Part shown: positions 18,836 through 25,347 of the stretch, piece by piece
Layout of the letters: the number at the start of each line of letters is the position of its first letter
How positions within the stretch are numbered: the stretch's first letter is position 1
Origin: an uncultured Thermoplasmata archaeon
GTDB taxonomy: Archaea; Thermoplasmatota; Thermoplasmata; GCA-020350865
NCBI GenBank assembly: GCA_965371185.1
Contig: CBDUXN010000002.1
Coordinates: 1 to 55,405 of the forward strand
Length of the DNA: 55,405 bases
Direction: 5' to 3'
The notes under the pieces: model-generated
What the model was told of the DNA's origin: nothing
The model's database searches: none
The model's input: only the letters and a program-made list of their open reading frames with translations
Program-made: the position numbers and the translations under genes

Positions 18836-19462
18836 ATGGCTGGAATAAAAATAAAGAAGACGAAACCTTGTAAATTGGCGTATATCGAGCATACTGGTGA
18901 CTATGGGGCGATTCCATACGATAAATACTTCGAGCAGCTTTACGCCTGGATAAAGGAAAAGAATGTAAGGCCGGGATTTAAACCCTTGGGCATATTCCAT
19001 GACAACCCGGAGCAGACACCACCTGAGGAGTGCAAGAGCGAAATCGGCATTCCCATCGTTGGAGAAGTGGAGGCCGAAGGCGACATCAAAATCAAGGAAC
19101 TGCCTTCCATGGAAGTGGCTGTAACCAAATATAAAGGAGGGACAAAGGAGATCCAAGAAACCTACAAGAAACTTGGCGAATGGATAACGGAGAACGGCTA
19201 TGAATGGGCTGGCCCTTGTATGGAGATATATTCCAAAAAGCCGAAGGTCAAGGGCGAGGAAACCATAGTCTACGCCACGGTACAGGCACCGATAAAAAAA
19301 GCCGAAGGCAAGTACCTGTTGAGAAAGGTGGCTGAGAAGGAAGAAACTGGTGAAGAGGAAGCAAGTGAAGAAGTTGGCGAGGAAAAGGCCATTGAAGATG
19401 TTGATATAGTAGATGCTGAAAATGAGGAAATCGATGAAAAAGAACCTGAAAGTACCGAATAG
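18836..19462 (+). CDS. GyrI-like (SOUL/AraC effector-binding-like) small-molecule-binding domain protein with acidic C-terminal tail
   Basis: The first ~155 aa (..LAYIEHTGDYGAIPYDKYFEQLYAWIKE..MEIYSKKP..) resemble the GyrI-like fold. The last ~45 aa are Glu-rich low complexity. GGAGG lies 8 nt upstream of the ATG. Confidence 0.5.
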   Translation: MAGIKIKKTKPCKLAYIEHTGDYGAIPYDKYFEQLYAWIKEKNVRPGFKPLGIFHDNPEQTPPEECKSEIGIPIVGEVEAEGDIKIKELPSMEVAVTKYKGGTKEIQETYKKLGEWITENGYEWAGPCMEIYSKKPKVKGEETIVYATVQAPIKKAEGKYLLRKVAEKEETGEEEASEEVGEEKAIEDVDIVDAENEEIDEKEPESTE

Positions 19463-19473
19463 ATCGATATTTC

Positions 19474-19692
19474 TCAAATCAAATGAATAAGCCTCTGGCC
19501 CCCGCCAATAGCATCACTTCGAGATTGGATTACATCCACAAAGATCTTGAAGTCCTGGAAGCTGACAATATCATGGTTCGCAAGATCTACGATATCTTCC
19601 TTCCATTTCGTATCATCTATCACCTGGCTCTGGTTGAGGTAACTGTTAGGGTCACTTATATTGCTTACAGTTATAACAGTACCAACGATCAT
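19474..19692 (-). CDS. Hypothetical 72-aa protein (weak call)
   Basis: The ORF neatly fills the 190-nt convergent gap and has ordinary composition. Its only ATG lies 41 nt inside the upstream gene and no motif is recognised. Confidence 0.25.
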   Translation of the reverse strand: MIVGTVITVSNISDPNSYLNQSQVIDDTKWKEDIVDLANHDIVSFQDFKIFVDVIQSRSDAIGGGQRLIHLI

Positions 19693-21349
19693 AGACGTAA
19701 CTTAATGTCCCACCACAACTCATGCAAGTATATTGTTGTTGTGGAGCATATGCAGGCGGCTGCCCTTGTGGCCTCCGCTGTGGCTGTACATATTGCTTAC
19801 AGTTATGACAATATAAACGATCATTAACATATCTCGCTGGCAAACCACAGGTTGGGCATTGAAGAACAGCAATATCGCACGTGTTATTGAATTGATATAT
19901 CGACAAGCCGAGCGATATTACTAGCAAAATTCCAGCAACACCTTGAGCAACCATTAGTGACTTAATACCGGCAATAAACTCATCAGCCGCATCCTCCAAT
20001 TCCGCATCGTTTTGTGTGTTCATCATATCATCGATAGCCACATTTATTCCTGAGCTTAAAAATAGGCTGAGAAATATTATGGCTATTAGGGCTGCTAAGC
20101 CCACAAAAATAGGGGCAAATATTTTTAGCTTGCCACCTCTCCCCTTCAGAATTTCTTTTATGGCATACATAATAGAAAAAATGAGCATTATTACTGCCAA
20201 TGTCGCTAAGATAGACGATAGAACCCAGTTATTAATTGCCCCCTGGAAATAACCAGCTACATCTCTTGCTGCCTCCTGAGAATATGGCTCGTTTTCTACT
20301 ATGTAGGTTGCACTTTCAAGACCTGAAAAGGCCAGTTCTAAAAATGCGAAAGAGGCAATAACTAAAATCAACCCGGTTATAATTATGATCATTCCATATT
20401 GGACATTCTTATCTTCAGCAGGTAAAAGAAGGGCCGATTTTTTAAACCGAAGAAGTCCTATTATACCAATAAACGAACCTGCGATTAATAGGAGTAAGGT
20501 AAGCCTACTGTAAACAAAGAAAAGTAGGCTCCCAATTATAGTAAATATCAACGCTGCTATCGTGGTTTTTCTTCCTTTAATCCGGGGTGGAACACGTGGT
20601 GGATATAATTGAGCAGGAGCTTGAGCGGGAGCAATATATGCTGGCTGGGCTGGGGGTGCAGGCTGCGTTTCCTTCTCCGTAACAAAATCGTCCCAGCTTG
20701 GTTCCTCTGCTTCTTTTTTTTCAGCGACCTTCGCTTTTTCTTCAATTTCTTGCTTTTTACCGCAATTGGTACAAAAGGTAGCTTCAGCAGGTAACTCTGC
20801 CCCGCAAAAGATACAGAATCTTTTTTCACCCTCTTTTGGTGAGCTTTCTTGGGTTTTTAATTCATCGCTGTATTTTTGACAATTATAGCAGTACCATTTC
20901 TGATATTGTTGAATGAAAGACAAAGATTGGCCACATTTTGGGCAGGGGTATTGAACCGGTTGTGCTGGGGCAGGTACCTGAGCCTGAGGCATCCCTGTGG
21001 ACATCGATCTTAATCTACCCCCTAAATCCTCTATGGCCCTCCATCCTTGTCTCCTAGGTATACCTCCGACAACAGCTTTTGGTGCAAAATCCTGTTCAGA
21101 CACACCATAAACCCCGATAAATCCCTCGGTGTGGACGATCATTCCGCCTTGAATTGGTTTGAAGTAGATCTCAAAGTATTTTGGAGCAGTTAGCCCCAGT
21201 CCTCCCGGGACACCAATACGACCCTTCATAAAATCCTGTCTTTCTTCCACAAGTTTTACTTTATTGTCGTTCATCCAACGCAAAATTTCATTTCTTATAT
21301 CTTGATAACTCCTTCCGTATACAGGCATTTCTTGTATTGTTCTACTCAT
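19652..21349 (-). CDS. Multi-zinc-ribbon polytopic membrane protein (N-terminal soluble domain, 2 ribbons, 6 TM helices, 2 ribbons)
   Basis: Start taken at ATG 21349 (MSRTIQEM), which forms an ATGA overlap with the upstream stop. Ribbons lie at 20870-20944, 20762-20815, 19790-19858 and 19658-19726. There are six hydrophobic helices between about residues 270 and 500 of the track ORF. Confidence 0.8.
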   Translation of the reverse strand: MSRTIQEMPVYGRSYQDIRNEILRWMNDNKVKLVEERQDFMKGRIGVPGGLGLTAPKYFEIYFKPIQGGMIVHTEGFIGVYGVSEQDFAPKAVVGGIPRRQGWRAIEDLGGRLRSMSTGMPQAQVPAPAQPVQYPCPKCGQSLSFIQQYQKWYCYNCQKYSDELKTQESSPKEGEKRFCIFCGAELPAEATFCTNCGKKQEIEEKAKVAEKKEAEEPSWDDFVTEKETQPAPPAQPAYIAPAQAPAQLYPPRVPPRIKGRKTTIAALIFTIIGSLLFFVYSRLTLLLLIAGSFIGIIGLLRFKKSALLLPAEDKNVQYGMIIIITGLILVIASFAFLELAFSGLESATYIVENEPYSQEAARDVAGYFQGAINNWVLSSILATLAVIMLIFSIMYAIKEILKGRGGKLKIFAPIFVGLAALIAIIFLSLFLSSGINVAIDDMMNTQNDAELEDAADEFIAGIKSLMVAQGVAGILLVISLGLSIYQFNNTCDIAVLQCPTCGLPARYVNDRLYCHNCKQYVQPQRRPQGQPPAYAPQQQYTCMSCGGTLSYVYDRWYCYNCKQYK

Positions 21350-22461
21350 TCTAACACCTTCATTTTCCCACATTCACCACAGAAAACAGCTTCTCCCGGA
21401 AGCTCAGCACCGCAGAATGCACAGTATTTCTTCTGGCCTGCAACAGAAGGAGGCTCCTGCACAGGTTTTGAGGGCGGTGGTCCTGGCGGAGGCGCAACTG
21501 TTGGTTGCTGTAGTTGAGCAGGTGAAGGTTGATATTCCCGTTCTTCCAGCGGTTGCTGAGGCGATTCGGTATTCTTCTTTGTGATGAGCAAGAATATTGC
21601 CAATACCACGATTACTAGAATTGCGATAATCACTCCAAGTAACAGATAGAGATCAATTCCTTCTTCGGGCTTTTCCAGATAATCACTCCTATCCAATGGG
21701 TCTGTACCATTTATGTACTCTTCATAATTTATATAGCCGTCTCCGTCTGGATCCTCCAAAGCATCGCTAGGGTTCAACGGATCAAACCCATGAATGTTCT
21801 CCCATTCATCAGGCATGCCATCGTTATCATCGTCCAGGTCCTCAGAATCTAGGATACCATCTCCATCCGTATCTATAGGTGAGGATGAGTTGACACTAAA
21901 GAAACCAAAACCCTGGAGATCAAGCCAAACCTCTCCACTTAATTGAGGGATTAAATACAATGTTTCTAGTGATGCACCGGGTTCGATTTCTGCTTCTATT
22001 GTGACATCTTCCATTCCCGTAGCCCAACCAGCATAATAATCTCCAAACCAGGAGTCTGGAATGTAAAATGCCAATACCTGCAGGGATTCTGTATCATTTT
22101 CTACGAATGCCTCTTGAAGACCTGGCACCGTAAGGGTTTGGGCAACAGAGTTAGAGTTCTGAACTTCAACAATGATTGCAATGGGAGAGTCTAGTTCCTC
22201 GTCGAGTGTAGTGCCACCAGTATATTCGATAGACCCGCCGGCCTCTATTTCCATGCTCATATCCACTTGACTTCCTGGAGGATCTGGCTCTAGTGTAGAA
22301 TAAAAGTCATTCAATGATTCATACTCCACGAATCGTAGTTCAACATTCCATCCATTGACCCCACCGCCCACTGCAAGACTGGGCAGACATCCAAATACAC
22401 CGATAACCAACAAGCACACAATAATAATGGATAGTTTTTTATGACCAATCATTTTTATCAT
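21346..22461 (-). CDS. Type-I membrane protein: signal peptide, ectodomain with thrombospondin-type-3-like Ca-binding repeats, one TM helix, Pro-rich linker, C-terminal zinc ribbon
   Basis: MIKMIGHKKLSIIIVCLLVIGVFGC.. is the signal. DTDGDGILDSEDLDDDNDGMPDEWE and DPDGDGYINYEEYINGTDPL are the repeats. The TM helix is LYLLLGVIIAILVIVVLAIFLLI and the ribbon YCAFCGAELPGEAVFCGECGK lies at 21370-21423. Confidence 0.8.
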   Translation of the reverse strand: MIKMIGHKKLSIIIVCLLVIGVFGCLPSLAVGGGVNGWNVELRFVEYESLNDFYSTLEPDPPGSQVDMSMEIEAGGSIEYTGGTTLDEELDSPIAIIVEVQNSNSVAQTLTVPGLQEAFVENDTESLQVLAFYIPDSWFGDYYAGWATGMEDVTIEAEIEPGASLETLYLIPQLSGEVWLDLQGFGFFSVNSSSPIDTDGDGILDSEDLDDDNDGMPDEWENIHGFDPLNPSDALEDPDGDGYINYEEYINGTDPLDRSDYLEKPEEGIDLYLLLGVIIAILVIVVLAIFLLITKKNTESPQQPLEEREYQPSPAQLQQPTVAPPPGPPPSKPVQEPPSVAGQKKYCAFCGAELPGEAVFCGECGKMKVLE

Positions 22462-22589
22462 CTCTTTCTATATCCATTATCTGTTCCATCATTCATTTCC
22501 CCACTAATCTGCTTTTTATCACAATTCCCACAGAATATGGCATGTGCTGGGACCTCTGCACCGCAAGAATCACAATGTCGCCCTTCCAT
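22458..22589 (-). CDS. Stand-alone 43-aa zinc-ribbon protein (not in supplied ORF track)
   Basis: Hand translation gives MEGRHCDSCGAEVPAHAIFCGNCDKKQISGEMNDGTDNGYRKR*. Its TGA (22460-22458) overlaps the ATG (22461-22459) of the next gene. The CxxCGAE.P..A.FC..C pattern is the same as in the two downstream genes. Confidence 0.6.
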   Translation of the reverse strand: MEGRHCDSCGAEVPAHAIFCGNCDKKQISGEMNDGTDNGYRKR

Positions 22590-22641
22590 TTCCCTCGCCT
22601 TTTCCTACATCTTCTATCAAGTATTTTTCTTTTACGATATT

Positions 22642-22773
22642 TCACCTTTCTTTTCCAAAAATCTGCTTTTTCTCACACCTGATACAAAAATCCGCGTTTA
22701 CAGGGAGATCAGCACGGTGCTCTGGAGATGTGGAGAGATATAATCACAATTTCGCTCTCACGGTTCTTATCAT
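22642..22773 (-). pseudogene. Decayed tandem copy of the small zinc-ribbon gene
   Basis: Same 132-nt length. Translation is MIRTVRAKL*LYLSTSPEHRADLPVNADFCIRCEKKQIFGKER*, with an in-frame TGA at 22746-22744. The first Cys pair is replaced (S..H), while the second half aligns with AEVPAHAIFCGNCDKKQISGE. Confidence 0.35.
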
Positions 22774-22892
22774 CAGATATATAATAGACATCAATATGTC
22801 AAACCTGAGAGGATTTATGATATATTCAACTGGTGCGATACTCTATTAAATGAATACCTCAGAAGGGTTATTAAAAGAGGCTCCAGACAGCA

Positions 22893-24191
22893 TCACTTCC
22901 CCACACCTTTATACACAAACCCATTCCCCGTGCAAACATCTTTATCGAATACATTCCTTCCGTCAACTATGATGGGGGTTCTCATCAACTCCTTTATGTG
23001 CTCGAGGCTCAGATTCTTATAAGATGTGTGTGCCGTCACCAACACTATGCAGTTTGAGCCTTTTAGAGCCTTATCGAGGTTATGGAACACACTGAGACCT
23101 TCACATTCCTCCACGAAAGGGTCATGGGGCCTGACCTCCGCGCATCTACCCTTCAACTCCTGGATGATCGGGAAGGCAGGTGAATTTCTGATGTCGTCGG
23201 AATTCTCAAGATAGGCAAGACCCAGGATAGAAATTACCGCCTCCTCTATTTTTACTCCTCCTTCTTGAAGAGCCGCTACAGTCAATTCCACCATGTGATG
23301 CGGCATGGAATCGTTAATATCCCGTGCCAGTGCAATTATTTTAGGCGAAAGCACGTTTTTAACCCCCCATGCTAACAGCCAAGAATCCTTGGGCAAGCAG
23401 TGCCCACCGACTCCTGCACCTGGTTTATGCATGTCCCTGAAAGGGCATTTGTTCACCAATCCTCTGACCTCATAGGCGTTCACATCCAGCTTTTCGCATA
23501 TCAAAGCGATCTCGTTTGCAAAGGCGATTTGTACATCTCTGTAAGCATTTTCTGCGGTTTTCACTACCTCAGCGGTGAGCGAATCGGTTGGATAAAGCTC
23601 CCCCTCGACCACATGCTGGTAAAGCTCCAGGGCTATTTTTGTACTCTCCTCGTTTATGCCTCCCACAACCCTGTCGTACTCCCTGATGTTCTGAAGCAAT
23701 CTACCAGGCATCACCCTTTCCGGACAGTTGGCCAGATAAAAATCCTTACCTGCAACCATACCCGATTCGGTCTCAAGAATGGGCTTCGCCACCTTCTCCA
23801 TGGTTGTCGGGGCTATTGTGGATTCTATCACCACGAGACTGCCTTTTGTAAGGTTTTTTCCAACATCCCTTAGAGCAGATTCAAGGGACGAATATTTCGG
23901 CTCCATTTTTTGTGTGTCGAAGGGGGTCTGGACAGCTATCAATATGGTGTGGGCATCCCTGCAGGCCGAAAAATCCTGGGTTGCGGAAAGCCTTCCTTCA
24001 GCCACCATCTTCTTCAAGAGCTCTTCAAGTCCAGGTTCCTCACCCTTTATGGGGCACTCCCCATTGTTGATCATATCAACCTTTGGCCGGGAGCGGTTGA
24101 TGCCCACGACCTGAAACCCTTTTGTGGCGAACGCCACCGCCACCGGGATCCCCACATATCCCATGCCTACAACCACGATTTTTTTATTCAT
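22893..24191 (-). CDS. wecC: UDP-sugar 6-dehydrogenase family (UDP-ManNAc dehydrogenase-like), second copy
   Basis: Start at ATG 24191 (MNKKIVVVGMGYVGIPVAVAFA). The catalytic region is GAGVGGHCLPKDSWLL. The track start at 24227 is a TTG. Confidence 0.8.
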   Translation of the reverse strand: MNKKIVVVGMGYVGIPVAVAFATKGFQVVGINRSRPKVDMINNGECPIKGEEPGLEELLKKMVAEGRLSATQDFSACRDAHTILIAVQTPFDTQKMEPKYSSLESALRDVGKNLTKGSLVVIESTIAPTTMEKVAKPILETESGMVAGKDFYLANCPERVMPGRLLQNIREYDRVVGGINEESTKIALELYQHVVEGELYPTDSLTAEVVKTAENAYRDVQIAFANEIALICEKLDVNAYEVRGLVNKCPFRDMHKPGAGVGGHCLPKDSWLLAWGVKNVLSPKIIALARDINDSMPHHMVELTVAALQEGGVKIEEAVISILGLAYLENSDDIRNSPAFPIIQELKGRCAEVRPHDPFVEECEGLSVFHNLDKALKGSNCIVLVTAHTSYKNLSLEHIKELMRTPIIVDGRNVFDKDVCTGNGFVYKGVGK

Positions 24192-24204
24192 GTTTCCAGC
24201 CCCG

Positions 24205-25167
24205 TTAAATGATTTGCATAACGGCAAAGATGATGATTATGAGGCAAAGTACCCCTTCGATTGCCCAGAGTATCCAGACCAATTGCCGTTCTTTTACCCT
24301 TCTTTTCTTCATGATCAGATGGGTCAACGATTCTATTTTCCCTTTGTAGGTCAAGTAACCATCCTTGTCGGGAATGCCGTAATTCTCGCCTCGGAAATGT
24401 CCTCTAAGTTTAAGGGAAAACTCGATGATCATCGGTATGAACAGTATCGCCCCGATGGTCTTCAAATCGCCGATAATGGCGGCACATGCTATGGTTGAGC
24501 CCATGAACAGGGTGAGGGTATCTCCGGGAAATATTCTTGCTGGGTAGCGATTGAACCAAAGAAAGGCCAAAAGCGCACCCAGAAGCGGGAACAACAGTAG
24601 AAGAGAGTCCATAGCACCGAACAAGAAGGAAATTATTATCAATGTTATGCTGATGATGATCCCCAAACCCGCACCCAGGCCATTGAAGCCTTCGAGCATA
24701 TTACCCGCATTGGCAGCACAGGTCACACCAAATGGAGCGATCAGCACCATGAGCAAACCAAAATCCACTTCAACGAATATGAACGACATTGTGGTCTTGT
24801 CCACCACATACACACCGATCGGTATGGCGAACAGGAAGGGGATAACAGCCTTGATCCTCTGCCTCAAACCGAAGAGGTCGTCCATGATCCCCGCTAAAGC
24901 AGCACCTACCACCGCCAAGACCGGGGCTGCCAGAAGGGGCAGATCATCTTTGTTAAAGAGTTTGTTGATCACTAAAAGGGTTGAGACACCGGAAATGAAA
25001 CCTATGACCACCGCCAATCCACCCATCTCTGGGATCTTGGGTTTGTTGAATTTGTTTTGATCCACACCTACAAGGCCTCGTTCCGTCAATTTTTCTATGA
25101 GCCAGAGTACGGTAATGAATGTGGTCAAAAATGATACTATTAGAGCTATTATCAGTATTTCGACCAT
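24205..25167 (-). CDS. MraY/WecA-family polyprenyl(dolichyl)-phosphate N-acetylhexosamine-1-phosphate transferase (AglH-like)
   Basis: About 10 TM helices. Motifs include ..GIMDDLFGL.. and ..NAGNMLEGFNGLG.. (the N-x-x-N-x-x-D/E-G-x-D/N-G-L type). ATG at 25167 (MVEILII); the track start at 25191 is a GTG. Confidence 0.75.
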   Translation of the reverse strand: MVEILIIALIVSFLTTFITVLWLIEKLTERGLVGVDQNKFNKPKIPEMGGLAVVIGFISGVSTLLVINKLFNKDDLPLLAAPVLAVVGAALAGIMDDLFGLRQRIKAVIPFLFAIPIGVYVVDKTTMSFIFVEVDFGLLMVLIAPFGVTCAANAGNMLEGFNGLGAGLGIIISITLIIISFLFGAMDSLLLLFPLLGALLAFLWFNRYPARIFPGDTLTLFMGSTIACAAIIGDLKTIGAILFIPMIIEFSLKLRGHFRGENYGIPDKDGYLTYKGKIESLTHLIMKKRRVKERQLVWILWAIEGVLCLIIIIFAVMQII

Positions 25168-25240
25168 GGCCCTCAAACCCTGTGAAGTCACTAAATAGGT
25201 TAAAAATCTTTTGATTTGAGTATTGATGATGTCAACCTAT

Positions 25241-25269
25241 GCCCTCCACCTTTCCCCCTCCACGCGCCC
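25241..25269. repeat. C-rich intergenic motif copy
   Basis: gccctccacctttccccctccacgcgccc lies 75-100 nt upstream of the phosphosugar-transferase ATG at 25167 (50-80 nt if the GTG at 25191 is the start). Confidence 0.35.
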
Positions 25270-25347
25270 TTAAGTTAATATTCCCCAAGGAGCAAGACGA
25301 AAAAGAATGATAAGACCGTCTCAAAAAGAAAAAATCTGATGAGAAAG

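Noticed and set aside
18812-19477. 221-aa minus-strand ORF antisense to the GyrI-like gene
   Set aside because: Its Phe/Leu-rich low-complexity translation mirrors the Glu/Lys-rich sense strand. The plus-strand gene has a recognisable domain and a GGAGG upstream.
19483-19827. 114-aa plus-strand ORF in the convergent gap after the GyrI-like gene
   Set aside because: It would overlap the 3' end of the multi-ribbon gene by 176 nt in antisense. Its second half is just the reverse reading of the conserved ribbon repeats.
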